From positions 37,830 through 101,829 of IMG/VR virus record IMGVR_UViG_3300010383_000113: a stretch of 64,000 bases of DNA. One strand, given 5' to 3'. Positions 9,140 through 18,760 of this stretch are shown piece by piece. Both the position numbers and the translations under genes were made by a program. Numbering within the stretch: the stretch's first letter is position 1; the number at the start of each line of letters is the position of its first letter. This stretch comes from a virus. Taxonomy: Duplodnaviria; Heunggongvirae; Uroviricota; Caudoviricetes. Under the pieces are notes generated by a model that saw only the letters and a program-made list of their open reading frames with translations, was not told the DNA's origin and did no database searches.

Positions 9140-10611
9140 TGCGGACCATCCCCGTCTTCCGGGCCGAGGTCGAGGCCGGGGTCGCCGAGGCCGTCCAGGC
9201 GTCGGCTTCGGTGGCCTACCTGAGCCCCATCGTCCGGCTCCGCGACCCGGCCCCCTCGCACGTCCAGGCGGCCGAGGCGGCGGCCGGCGGCAAGGTCGAG
9301 GACGCCACCCTGATCTACTTCGAGGACGTCCTGGCCACCTCCGGGTGGAACCTGAACCGCGACGTCTTCACGGCCGAGGAACTCTGGTCGGCCCGCCACA
9401 CCAGCGACCACAAGCCGATCAACATGCGGCACAAGTACGTCGAGATCGTCGGCCACGTCCTCGGCTCCCAGGCCGTCGACGCCGACTACGCCCCGATCGC
9501 CGACGACGCCGCCCTCGAAGACCTCCCCGGCCTCTTCCACGTCAAGAACCGGAGCGTCCTGTACCGCTACATCGGCGACCAGGACCGCGACGAGCTGATG
9601 GCGGCGGTCGAGCGGGAGATCGAGGAGGGCAAGTGGTTCGTCTCCATGGAGGCGTTCTTCAACGGCTTCGACTACGGCGTCTGGAGCGAGGACGACGGCA
9701 GCCGCACGATCGTCAAGCGGGACAGCACGACCGCCTTCCTCACCAAGCACCTCTGGCAGTACGGCGGCGACGGCTCCTACACCGACCCCGCCTCCGGCCG
9801 CGTCTTCAACCTCGGCCGCGTCCTCAAGGGCGTCCACTTCAAGGGCAAGGGCCTCGTCGAGAAGCCCGGCAACGCCCACTCCGTCATCTTCGCAAAAACG
9901 GAAGCATTTGATCATACCTACGCCTCTCTGGGGTATGTACATGCGACGGGGTCCGAGGAGGCCCCCCCGGACCACCAGCAGGAGACCGAACCCGTGACGG
10001 AACCCAGCACCGACGACAAGGCCGCCGAGATCGAGAAGCTCAGGGCCGAGGTCGAGGCCCTCAAGGGGGCCCAGGCCAGCCAGGCGATCGACGAACTCAA
10101 GGCCAAGGTCGCCGAACTCCAGGCGTCGCTCGACTCCGAGAAGGCCCGTGCCGAGAAGGCCGAGGCCGACCGCCTGGCCGCCAAGGCCCAGGCCGACACC
10201 TTCGAGTCGACCCTCAAGGAGCAGGGCGAGAAGCTCGCCGAGGCCGAGAAGCGGCTCGAAGAGAAGTCGACGGCCCTCGCCGGCTTCGAGGCCGAGAAGC
10301 GGAAGGCCGACCGGATCGCCTACATCCGCTCGCAGGGCGGCGGCGAGGCCCAGGCCGACAAGCTGGCCGCCGACCTCGCCGTGCTCGACGACGAGACCTT
10401 CCGGAGCACCATCGCGGCCGTCTCCCCGTCCTGGACGCCCAAGCCCGCCGCCGAGGCGAGCCGGGCCGAGGTCGAGAAGCAGGCCATCGACGAGGCCGAG
10501 ATCGAGGCCGGCGGCGACGTCGCCAAGGCCTCCCAGGAGGCCCCGCCCGCCGCCGACCCGGCCGACCAGGCCAAGAAGGGCCTCATCGCCCTTTTCACCA
10601 TCAATCGCTGA
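9139..10611 (+). CDS. Prohead protease fused to a C-terminal scaffold coiled coil
   Basis: N-terminal domain with NLNRDVF, KPINMRH...IVGHV and FVSME motifs (His/Ser protease-like); E/K/A-rich coiled coil at the C-terminus; precedes the capsid genes. Confidence 0.7.
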   Translation: MRTIPVFRAEVEAGVAEAVQASASVAYLSPIVRLRDPAPSHVQAAEAAAGGKVEDATLIYFEDVLATSGWNLNRDVFTAEELWSARHTSDHKPINMRHKYVEIVGHVLGSQAVDADYAPIADDAALEDLPGLFHVKNRSVLYRYIGDQDRDELMAAVEREIEEGKWFVSMEAFFNGFDYGVWSEDDGSRTIVKRDSTTAFLTKHLWQYGGDGSYTDPASGRVFNLGRVLKGVHFKGKGLVEKPGNAHSVIFAKTEAFDHTYASLGYVHATGSEEAPPDHQQETEPVTEPSTDDKAAEIEKLRAEVEALKGAQASQAIDELKAKVAELQASLDSEKARAEKAEADRLAAKAQADTFESTLKEQGEKLAEAEKRLEEKSTALAGFEAEKRKADRIAYIRSQGGGEAQADKLAADLAVLDDETFRSTIAAVSPSWTPKPAAEASRAEVEKQAIDEAEIEAGGDVAKASQEAPPAADPADQAKKGLIALFTINR

Positions 10612-10641
10612 GACGCCCAGGAACCTAGGAGACATCGGAAC

Positions 10642-11103
10642 ATGGCACTCGCGGCCGACATCTGGATCGTGGAAGACCGGACGGGCTTCACCTGCAACAC
10701 CGTCCTGGAGCGGGGCGGCGTCGTCTCGCAGACCTCCGGCGGCACCGGCGGCTATCCCGCCGACTCCGGCGTCGTGGACTACGTCGCCGACCCGGCCAAC
10801 GCCGTCCCCATCGGCGTCCTCTTCCCCAACGTCACCAACTGGTCCGCCGTCAAGGGCGGGCACCCGAATCCGGAGCAGGGGGGGTTCGAACAGCACATCG
10901 GCGACAAGGTCCGGATCGTCAACCGGGGCGAGGTCGTCACCAACATGATCCCGGGCGGCGTGACCCCGACCGCCGGGGCCAAGGCCTACCTCGCGGCCAA
11001 CGGGCTCATCAGCTCGACCCAGGCGAGCAACGCCCCGCAGGTCGGACGCTTCGTCACCGCCAAGAACGCGGCCGGCTACGCCCGCGTCAAGATCGAACTC
11101 TAA
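10642..11103 (+). CDS. Capsid decoration/cement protein (putative)
   Basis: 153 aa, Gly-rich beta protein immediately before the major capsid protein; ends in YARVKIEL. Confidence 0.6.
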   Translation: MALAADIWIVEDRTGFTCNTVLERGGVVSQTSGGTGGYPADSGVVDYVADPANAVPIGVLFPNVTNWSAVKGGHPNPEQGGFEQHIGDKVRIVNRGEVVTNMIPGGVTPTAGAKAYLAANGLISSTQASNAPQVGRFVTAKNAAGYARVKIEL

Positions 11104-11121
11104 TCCCGGAGATCTGAGACC

Positions 11122-12174
11122 ATGAGCAAGCCGTTCGCGAACACCGACGCCTTCGCCGAGAAGGAGGCGACCGAGGCCCTGCTCCGGCAGGCCGGCTCCA
11201 AGGACGTCGAGCAGGCCATGGCCGCCCACCAGCAGGTGGCCGCCGCCATCGACATCCCCCTCCGCGAGGTCCTCCTGAACGGGGCCGTCGCCGAGGGCAT
11301 CTTCTACTCGGACGAGCTGCCGATCGGCACCTCCCCCGAGTACCCGATCGACATCATCAAGCCCGGCGACGAGACCCAGTTCCTCGCCTACCACGTCCCG
11401 TCGAACGGCGACCTCCCCGAGCGTCTGGCCTTCGGCGACTTCTTCCAGATCCGGACCTTCGAGGTCGGCAACACCCAGCACTGGCCGCTCCGCATCCTCA
11501 AGACGGCCCGCTTCAACATCATGAAGCGGTACATGGAGCTGTACGAGCAGGGCTGGATCCAGAAGAACAACGACGACGCCTTCGCCGTCCTGCTGAAGGC
11601 GGCCAAGGATCGCAACCTGATCGTCTTCGACCCGGTCGCGGGCCAGGGCCAGTTCACCATCAAGCTGCTGACCAACCTCCAGCAGAAGATGAAGCGGGCC
11701 GGCGGCGGCAACTCCGCCACCCCGAATCGGTTCAAGCTCACCGACCTCTACATGAGCCCCGAGGGCCTCGCCGGCATGCGGTCCATGACCGTCGCCGAGC
11801 TGCCCGAGACGATCCGGAACCAGATCGCCGCCACCGCCAAGGGCTACATCGACACCCTCTGGGGCGTCACCTTCCACGAGCTGGAGGAGTTCGGCCCCGA
11901 CGGCAAGTACCAGAAGTATTACACGGACACGCTGGGCGGGGCCCTGATCGACGACCAGGTCGCCGGCCACACGGCCCACGACGACGTCGAGCTGGTCCTG
12001 GGCCTCGACCTGACGAACCGCGAGAGCGTCTTCATCAACCCGGTCGTCAGCCCGGTCGTGACCTACCCCGAGGGCGAGGCCTACTTCCGCAAGGGGATGG
12101 GCGGCGTCTGGGGCAAGGGCGAGTGGGGCTGGGGCGTGCTGGACAACCGCAACCTCATCCTCGGCTCGTTCTAA
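11122..12174 (+). CDS. Major capsid protein (HK97 fold, putative)
   Basis: 350 aa, extreme codon bias suggesting high expression, position after scaffold/decoration genes, followed by a hairpin. Confidence 0.8.
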   Translation: MSKPFANTDAFAEKEATEALLRQAGSKDVEQAMAAHQQVAAAIDIPLREVLLNGAVAEGIFYSDELPIGTSPEYPIDIIKPGDETQFLAYHVPSNGDLPERLAFGDFFQIRTFEVGNTQHWPLRILKTARFNIMKRYMELYEQGWIQKNNDDAFAVLLKAAKDRNLIVFDPVAGQGQFTIKLLTNLQQKMKRAGGGNSATPNRFKLTDLYMSPEGLAGMRSMTVAELPETIRNQIAATAKGYIDTLWGVTFHELEEFGPDGKYQKYYTDTLGGALIDDQVAGHTAHDDVELVLGLDLTNRESVFINPVVSPVVTYPEGEAYFRKGMGGVWGKGEWGWGVLDNRNLILGSF

Positions 12175-12208
12175 TTTCGAACCGTGGCTAAGGCTTCAAG
12201 TCTTGAAT

Positions 12209-12230
12209 CGAGGGGGCTTCGGCCCCCTCG
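12209..12230 (+). terminator. Hairpin after the capsid gene
   Basis: CGAGGGGGC-TTCG-GCCCCCTCG perfect stem with a UUCG loop; weak U-tract. Confidence 0.6.
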
Positions 12231-12304
12231 CTTCGTTCCCGGGCCACGCCCGGTGTAATTCACAGTGACCGATCTCTTCACCTGATCATTCAAGGGGGAA
12301 TCCC

Positions 12305-12730
12305 ATGGCTTTCCGGCTCGGCAACGGTTCGAACTCGGCCCGCAAGGCCTGCACCGACGCCCTGGTCGACGCGGTCGACGTCGGCTCGACCAACTCCAGC
12401 GGCCAGCTCAAGATCTACACCGGCACCCAGCCCGCCACGCCCGAGACCTCGGCGACCGGCACGCTGCTGGTGACCATCCCGTTCGCGAACCCCGCCTTCG
12501 GGGCCGCCGACGCCAACGCCTCCGCCGGCCTCGCGGGCGGCACGGCGATCTCGGCCACCGTCGCCGCCACCGGCACCGCCGGCTGGTTCCGCGTCGTCGA
12601 CCGGGGCAACGTCGCGATCATGGACGGCACGGTGGGCACCTCGGACACCGACATGATCTTCGACAACGTCAGCTTCGTGACCGGCGGCGTCGCCACCGTC
12701 AACAGCTTCAACGTCAGCACGCCCATGTGA
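12305..12730 (+). CDS. Virion structural protein (Thr/Gly/Ala-rich)
   Basis: LKIYTGTQPATPETSATGTLLV...GTAGWFRV pattern typical of small phage tail/fibre-associated proteins. Confidence 0.7.
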   Translation: MAFRLGNGSNSARKACTDALVDAVDVGSTNSSGQLKIYTGTQPATPETSATGTLLVTIPFANPAFGAADANASAGLAGGTAISATVAATGTAGWFRVVDRGNVAIMDGTVGTSDTDMIFDNVSFVTGGVATVNSFNVSTPM

Positions 12731-12824
12731 GCCCGGCCTTCGGCCGGGGCGATCGGACGGCGGAGGCGGGACGCGGGCGGCGACGGGCGGCCCGGCGTCT
12801 CCGGCCGGACACGGGGGACGAACC

Positions 12825-13073
12825 ATGCCCGACCTGAACCCATTCCTGCTGACCCCGACGGCCGAGCCGCCGCCGCCGGTCCAGTTCGGATTCGACGTGA
12901 TGCTCGCCGTGAGGATGATCGGGGACGGCGGGGCCGTCCTGCTGGACACGACCGACGACCCGGTCTCGGTGGTCGAACTGCTGTCCCACTGCGACGCGGC
13001 CGACCTCGCCCCCGTCATCGAGACCTGGGCCCTGCCGTGGCTCCTCAAGCAGCGGGGGGTGGGCGATGAGTGA
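12825..13073 (+). CDS. Hypothetical protein
   Basis: ATG with GGGGA upstream; overlaps the next start. Confidence 0.6.
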   Translation: MPDLNPFLLTPTAEPPPPVQFGFDVMLAVRMIGDGGAVLLDTTDDPVSVVELLSHCDAADLAPVIETWALPWLLKQRGVGDE

Positions 13074-14607
13074 CTACTACGTCTCGGCGTCTCGCGGCAG
13101 CGACGCGACGGGGGACGGCTCCGCCGCGAGCCCCTGGAAGACGATCGGCAAGGCCGCCGGCCCGACCCCGGCCGCCACCCTCTCGGGCCCGACGACGATC
13201 TACGTCGAGCCCGGCGTCTACTACGAGGGCTTCACGCTGGGCCTCGCCCCGACCTCGACGAACACGCTCCGGATCGTCGGCGACTGCGACGGGGCCGGCT
13301 TCGCGGCCGGCGGCTACGCGACGCCGAGGGTCGGGATCGTGGAGTGGGCGGCCTGGTCGGACGACGCGAACGTCATGGCGGTCCCCTGCCTGTCGGCGAC
13401 GTCCAAGGGCTTCGTGACGCTGGAGCGGATCAAGTTCATCGGCGGGATGGGCACGAGCACCTTCAAGGGCTCGTGCGTCTCCGTGGTCGGCGGGTCGGGC
13501 TGGACGGTCCGCGACTGCATCTTCCTCGCGAACGAGCGTAGCGGCAACGCCAACTCGGCCGTCTCCCTCGTCGGGGCGACGGGCGGCGGGGCGATGGACC
13601 ACGTCGTCGAGCGTTGCGACCTGACCTCGGCCGCACCCTACCAGTCGTCCTGCCTCGACCTGGCGGCCTACGAGCAGGCGGCCGAGTACGACGCCAACGT
13701 CGCGGTCCGCAACTGCCGCTTCATCCCGACCTGCGGCAACCAGGGCGTCGGGGTCACCGTGAGGTCGGCCGGGGGCACGGGCGGGAAGCTGGCCCGGGGC
13801 TTCCTGGTCGAGCACTGCACGGTGTTCGGCAACGGCTTCGGGATCCGGTTCTACCCCGGCGTCGCGGGCAAGCCGCTCTCGGCCCCGAACGTGGTGCGGG
13901 GCTGCCTGATCCAGGGGGTCGGCACCGGGATCGAGGCGGGCGACTCGACGCACGTCGCCGAGGATTACAACGTCCTCAACGCGGCGACGGTGCGGACGAA
14001 CGTGCCTGTCGGGGCCAATTCGGCCGCCAACGTCCGCCCGTCCCTGGACCTGGGCGACGGGAGGCTGGCCGGCGTCCCGTACCGGCCCTTCCTGGAGCCG
14101 ATCGCGGGCCCGCTGGGCACCGGCCGCGTCCCCTCGGGCTTCCCGGCGGCCGACCTGACGGGCCGGGCCCGGCCCGAGGGGCTGGGGTCGACCTCGGCGG
14201 CGGCGGGGGCCCTGGAGCGGCACGACACCGGGACGCCCGACGCGACCTACGCCGACGGGGGCTCGGGCCTCTGCCTCAAGCTGACCGGCCCGGCCTCCTC
14301 CGAGGTCACGGTGCCGGTCCCCGCGACGTCGACCACCCTGTCCGTCAAGGTCCGCTGGGACGGCGACCACGGCGACGCGGCCAAGCCCCAGGCCGTCCTG
14401 CTCGCCGACGCGGCGGCGGGCGTGGCGACCGCCCAGGTCGTGACGGCCTCCTCGACCGGCGGGGCGGGCTCGACGCCCAACGCCTACGAGACCCTGACCT
14501 TCGCCCCCTTCACGCCGCCGGCCGCCGGGGTGGTCCGGCTCCGCCTGGTCTCCCGTTCGGCCACGGGGACGGGCGTCGCCTACTTCGATTCGGTCGCCGT
14601 CGGCTAA
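13066..14607 (+). CDS. Right-handed beta-helix (pectate-lyase-like/DUF1565) protein; possible tailspike or depolymerase
   Basis: N-terminal YYVSASRGSDATGDGSAASPWKTIGKA motif, repeated V(RD/ER/RN)CxF beta-helix rungs, choice-of-anchor-Q-like DLTGRARP...AGALE. Confidence 0.7.
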   Translation: MSDYYVSASRGSDATGDGSAASPWKTIGKAAGPTPAATLSGPTTIYVEPGVYYEGFTLGLAPTSTNTLRIVGDCDGAGFAAGGYATPRVGIVEWAAWSDDANVMAVPCLSATSKGFVTLERIKFIGGMGTSTFKGSCVSVVGGSGWTVRDCIFLANERSGNANSAVSLVGATGGGAMDHVVERCDLTSAAPYQSSCLDLAAYEQAAEYDANVAVRNCRFIPTCGNQGVGVTVRSAGGTGGKLARGFLVEHCTVFGNGFGIRFYPGVAGKPLSAPNVVRGCLIQGVGTGIEAGDSTHVAEDYNVLNAATVRTNVPVGANSAANVRPSLDLGDGRLAGVPYRPFLEPIAGPLGTGRVPSGFPAADLTGRARPEGLGSTSAAAGALERHDTGTPDATYADGGSGLCLKLTGPASSEVTVPVPATSTTLSVKVRWDGDHGDAAKPQAVLLADAAAGVATAQVVTASSTGGAGSTPNAYETLTFAPFTPPAAGVVRLRLVSRSATGTGVAYFDSVAVG

Positions 14608-14622
14608 GGGGAGGAGCAGGGG

Positions 14623-16032
14623 ATGGCGATCGTCCAGGATTTCTCACGCTGGTATCGCGGGGCCGTCGCCCCGTTCGGCGACGCGGCGGCCTTCGCCGTG
14701 CTGCCGGCACCGTCGGGGACGCCCGGCTACTCGGGCGGGGCCCAGGTCCAGGTGGCCTCGGCCCTCGCGTCGTCCGGCGGCTCGTCCGTGCCCGCCTACG
14801 CGGGGTCCGCCTCGCGATCCGTCCCCCGGTCGCTCTCGGCCTCGGGCGTCTCGGCGACCCCTCCGGGCGGCACGGCCTCCCTGGCGTCCTCCCACGCCCT
14901 CGCGGCGGCCGGCGGGTCCACGCCCCCGGCGTACTCCGGGTCCACGACCCTCGTCGTCGCCCGCTCCCTGGCCTCCTCGGGATCGAGGGGCCTCCCCGCG
15001 ACCGGGTCGGCGGGCCTGGCCGTCGGGCGGGCCTTCGCGTCGGCCGGGGCCGCCACGCCCCCCGTCTTCACCGGGCACATCGACGTCGAATGCCACCCCG
15101 AGGTCATCCCCGGCTGCTTCGGCGGGGCGGGCCTGCTCGTCGAGGTCGCCTTCTCGTCCGGGGGGTCGTACACCCCGACCTTCGCCGGCACGGCCGCCCC
15201 CGAGGTCCGGCTGGCCGTCGCCTCCGAGGCCGGGCTCGCCAACCCGCCCGGCGGGACCGCCTCCCTGCTCCTCCCCGGCCGCGTCCTCGCGGCCTCCGGC
15301 TCCTCGACGGCCCCGATCTACGCCGGCACGGCCGCCGTCTCCCCGCCCCGCTCCGCCTCCTCGGGCGGCTCCTACGCCTTCACCCACCTCGCCGACGCGG
15401 CCGTCTCCGCGAGGCCCGCGATGGACGCCTCCGGGGCCCGGTCGCTCCCGGCCTCGGCCGGGGCCGAGCTGTCCGTCTCCGCCACGGCCGCCGCCTCCGG
15501 GTCCTGGTCGTCGCCCCCGTCCGGGTCCTCGACCCTCGCCGTCTCGGCCTCGATCCAGGCCTCGGGCTCGCTGTTCGGGGCCCCGGGGAACTACGCGGGC
15601 GTCCTGGTCGCCGCCCCGATCCGCCCCGTGCTCGCCGCCTCGGGCGGCAACAAGTTCGACCGATTCGTCTTCCGGGTCGTCGTCGACATGGTCCGGGGCG
15701 ACGAGGTCACGCCCGCCATCGCCCTCCAGGTCGGCGACGTCGGCGTGCCCTTCCAGGCCCAGCTCCAGACGCCCGAGGGCCGCGTGATCGACGTCTCCGA
15801 GTCGACCGTCCGCACCTTCCGGTTCCAGAAGCCCGACGGCGTCCTGATCGAGCGGGAGGCCTCGCTCCTCACCGACGGCAGGGACGGGATCCTCACCTAC
15901 GACTTCGCCGAGGGGGACCTCGACCTGGCCGGCACCTGGCGGTTCCAGCTCGTCGTCGGCTTCGGGGGCGACGTCAAGAGCGGCGAGATCAAGAAATTCA
16001 AGGTTTACGGCAACCTGCCGACGGGGGCGTGA
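14623..16032 (+). CDS. Ala/Ser/Gly-repeat virion protein with a C-terminal BppU-like beta domain
   Basis: Repeats such as LASSGGSSVPAYAG and LAASGSSTAPIYAG; C-terminus FRFQKPDG...ILTYDFAEGDLDLAGTWRFQL. Confidence 0.65.
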   Translation: MAIVQDFSRWYRGAVAPFGDAAAFAVLPAPSGTPGYSGGAQVQVASALASSGGSSVPAYAGSASRSVPRSLSASGVSATPPGGTASLASSHALAAAGGSTPPAYSGSTTLVVARSLASSGSRGLPATGSAGLAVGRAFASAGAATPPVFTGHIDVECHPEVIPGCFGGAGLLVEVAFSSGGSYTPTFAGTAAPEVRLAVASEAGLANPPGGTASLLLPGRVLAASGSSTAPIYAGTAAVSPPRSASSGGSYAFTHLADAAVSARPAMDASGARSLPASAGAELSVSATAAASGSWSSPPSGSSTLAVSASIQASGSLFGAPGNYAGVLVAAPIRPVLAASGGNKFDRFVFRVVVDMVRGDEVTPAIALQVGDVGVPFQAQLQTPEGRVIDVSESTVRTFRFQKPDGVLIEREASLLTDGRDGILTYDFAEGDLDLAGTWRFQLVVGFGGDVKSGEIKKFKVYGNLPTGA

Positions 16033-16033
16033 C

Positions 16034-16531
16034 ATGGCCTGGGACGACGAAGCACCGATCATCGTGAGGGCCCTCCTCCAGGACAAGGGGGCCACCCTCG
16101 TCTACGCGGACGACGCCATCCTGGAGATGTTCCTGGTCGCCGGCCTGACCCTCCAGCTCAAGCGGCCCTTCGAGGTCCGCTACGCCATCAACCTCGACGC
16201 CGAGTCCATCGCCCCCGACCCGACCGCCACGCCCCGCGACGACGCCTTCCTCGTGGCCGCCGCCTACGCGGCCGTCATCGCCTTCGTGAAGGCCGAGATC
16301 CGGTCCAACGTCCGACAGGGCATCCGCATCAAGGACGGCGACAGCGAACTCGACCTCAAGCGAGACCCCGCCTCCCTGAACCTCATGCTCCAGTCCTTCG
16401 AGCGGGAGCTGGACGGCGTCCTGGACGGCGGCTCGATCCTCAACACCGGCGGCGAGGCCGTGGTCGGCACCGCCCCCCACCCCTGGCGAATCCCCATCCT
16501 CGACCGTCGCGGCGACACCTGGTGCTATTGA
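16034..16531 (+). CDS. Head-tail connector (putative)
   Basis: 165-aa helical protein in neck position. Confidence 0.55.
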   Translation: MAWDDEAPIIVRALLQDKGATLVYADDAILEMFLVAGLTLQLKRPFEVRYAINLDAESIAPDPTATPRDDAFLVAAAYAAVIAFVKAEIRSNVRQGIRIKDGDSELDLKRDPASLNLMLQSFERELDGVLDGGSILNTGGEAVVGTAPHPWRIPILDRRGDTWCY

Positions 16532-17049
16532 TCATGGATAACCCCCTCTTCGTCCTCGGGCCCGACATCAAGGCGATCTTCCAGCAGGGGATCGACACGA
16601 TCATCGACCAGCTCGGGACCATCTGCACGGTCGTCTCCCCCGGGCCCCTCCTCCCCTGCTCCAACTGCCTCTTCGACCCCACCAAGGGGGCGAGTTCGGG
16701 CAAGTGGAAGCCGACCGGCGTCCGCCCGTTCACCTCGGGCCCCTGCCCCGTCTGCCGGGGGTCCGGCCACGAGCAGAACGAAGTGCGGACCGACGTCAAG
16801 GTCTCGGTCCGCCGCAACGTCAAGCTCTACGCCCCGGTCGCCGACGGCAAGGTCGTCAAGGCCGCCACCGTGATCCGCGTGAAAGGGCTGGTCGCCGACG
16901 CCGCCCCCTTCCGGACCATGGAGTACGCCCTGATCGCCCCCGACGACGGCACCGGCCTGGTCGAACGCTACACCGCCTACTCCGCCCCCGAGAAGACCGG
17001 CTCGATCGTGCAGGGCCGCTACTTCATCATGTACTTGCAGAAGGCCTGA
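16522..17049 (+). CDS. Head-closure/neck protein with CxxC motifs (putative)
   Basis: CSNC and CPVCRGSG motifs; neck synteny. Confidence 0.55.
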   Translation: MLLIMDNPLFVLGPDIKAIFQQGIDTIIDQLGTICTVVSPGPLLPCSNCLFDPTKGASSGKWKPTGVRPFTSGPCPVCRGSGHEQNEVRTDVKVSVRRNVKLYAPVADGKVVKAATVIRVKGLVADAAPFRTMEYALIAPDDGTGLVERYTAYSAPEKTGSIVQGRYFIMYLQKA

Positions 17050-17053
17050 ACCC

Positions 17054-17719
17054 TTGGGCGTCTCCCTCCGCCTCGCCAGCAGCCCCGACGAGATCCGCCG
17101 GCTGATCCTCCGCGAGGCCGCCGCCCGGCTCGCCCCCGCCTTCGACCGGGCCGCCCCCTCCATCCGGGGCCGCGTCGGGGCCCTGGCCCGCACCCTGATC
17201 GCCGCCACGCCCGAGTTCAAGTCCCTGGTCGACGGCGACCTCCGGGCCCACATGGGCCTCGCCGACCCCGAGTCGGCCCTCGCCCCCGTGCTCGACGCCG
17301 TCGCGGCGGCCGTCTTCGTCGAGGTGGAGCGGCCCAGGGCCTCGGGCGTCACGATCGCGGGCGGGATCTCCGTCGGGGTCCTCAAGTCGGGCTTCGACGA
17401 CCTGATCGCCCTCTCCGGCTCCTCCTACGTCAGCCCGCCGTCCGGCAGCCGCATCCGCTGGCTCGAATGGCTCCTCAAGGCGGGCGACCGGATCGTCATC
17501 AAGAACTACGGGATCACCTTCCGACTCGACCCCGACGAGCGGCGACGTTCGCGGACCGGCGAGGCCCTGATGTTCGCCGGGGGTAAAGGATGGCGGGTGC
17601 CGCCGGAGCATTCCGGCACCGAGGACGACAACTTCCTGACGCGGGCGTTCGAGGCCCCCGACGTGGAGGACCGCCTCCTCCGCGTCTTCCGCGAAGAGAT
17701 CGAGGCCCGACTGCGATGA
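17054..17719 (+). CDS. Neck/tail-completion protein (putative)
   Basis: IRWLEWLL and basic SRTG segment; synteny. Confidence 0.55.
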   Translation: MGVSLRLASSPDEIRRLILREAAARLAPAFDRAAPSIRGRVGALARTLIAATPEFKSLVDGDLRAHMGLADPESALAPVLDAVAAAVFVEVERPRASGVTIAGGISVGVLKSGFDDLIALSGSSYVSPPSGSRIRWLEWLLKAGDRIVIKNYGITFRLDPDERRRSRTGEALMFAGGKGWRVPPEHSGTEDDNFLTRAFEAPDVEDRLLRVFREEIEARLR

Positions 17720-18654
17720 AGCTCAAGAGGATCGCGAACTTCGACCGCCCGACCACGACCGAGCTGATCGAGGCCAACCTCCGCGACTACTTCGACTGGG
17801 GCTGCGTCCAGGCCGGCGGGTTCGTCGACGCCCCCGTCCTCGACCCCGGCCGCTCCGACCCCTACGCCGACTCCACCCTGACGGCCGTCGAGGCCCCCGG
17901 CTACGCCCCCTTCTCGGCCTGGCGGACGCGGCGGCCCAACTGGTGCCACGAGCGGAGGATGGCGGACGGCGTCGCCCCCGTCGTGCCCGACGGCGTCTAC
18001 GTGGACGGCGTCTTCCACGAGACCGCCTCGACCACGGGCGTGTTCGCCCACCGCCTGGACTTCGTGCGGGGCATGGTCGTGTTCGAGAACCCCCTGCTCC
18101 CGTCCTCGATCGTCCAGGTCGCCCACTCGTGGAAGCGGGTCGGTTTCCACCGCTCGACCACGCCCTGGTTCCAGGAGGTCGTGCTCGACGGCTGGGCCTA
18201 CGAGGAGGAGCAGGGAGGGTCGGGGGACTCGGCCGACGTCCTGGAGTTGAACCGCATCGCCGTCCCGGCCGTGGTCGTCGAGGTGGCCTCCTCCTCGGTG
18301 GACCGGGGCTACGAGGTCGGCGGGTCGGCCCTCTGGAAGCGTCCGATCGCCCTCCTCCACGTCCTCGCCGCCACGCCCGACGACCGCGACCGCGTCGCCG
18401 ACCTGATCGTCGACCAGTTCGGGGCCTCGATCCCGATGTACGACCTCGCCGCCCGCCGCCAGGCCGACGAGTTCGAACTCGACGCCTCCGGCGGCCTCCG
18501 CCCCGGCTCGCGGACCTACCCCGAGGCCGTCGCCGACTTCCCCTCCTGGGCCTTCTGGATCTCCAAGTCCTCGTCGGTCCGCCAGCCCCCCAGGGCCTCG
18601 ATCCAGATGGCGACCTGCCGGCTGACGCTGGAGGCGATCCACGCCTCGAACTGA
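17716..18654 (+). CDS. Tail terminator-like protein (putative)
   Basis: ATGA overlap with the upstream stop; C-terminal PAVVVEV...LHVLA...RDRVADLI pattern; directly before the tail tube gene. Confidence 0.55.
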   Translation: MKLKRIANFDRPTTTELIEANLRDYFDWGCVQAGGFVDAPVLDPGRSDPYADSTLTAVEAPGYAPFSAWRTRRPNWCHERRMADGVAPVVPDGVYVDGVFHETASTTGVFAHRLDFVRGMVVFENPLLPSSIVQVAHSWKRVGFHRSTTPWFQEVVLDGWAYEEEQGGSGDSADVLELNRIAVPAVVVEVASSSVDRGYEVGGSALWKRPIALLHVLAATPDDRDRVADLIVDQFGASIPMYDLAARRQADEFELDASGGLRPGSRTYPEAVADFPSWAFWISKSSSVRQPPRASIQMATCRLTLEAIHASN

Positions 18655-18760
18655 CGCATCCAAAGTTTCTCGCGTGTGGGTGTATTTAGACGTGGACCGT
18701 CGAGCGGCCCGGTCCGGGCCGTCGTCGACCGGGCGACGACACACCCCACGGAGTGCTTAG

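Noticed and set aside
6628-11979. Long antisense ORFs (e.g. 6628-8889, 9079-11979, 21997-24792, 26083-30609, 35058-37967)
   Set aside because: Shadow ORFs expected from strong GC3 bias on the opposite strand; no recognisable motifs.
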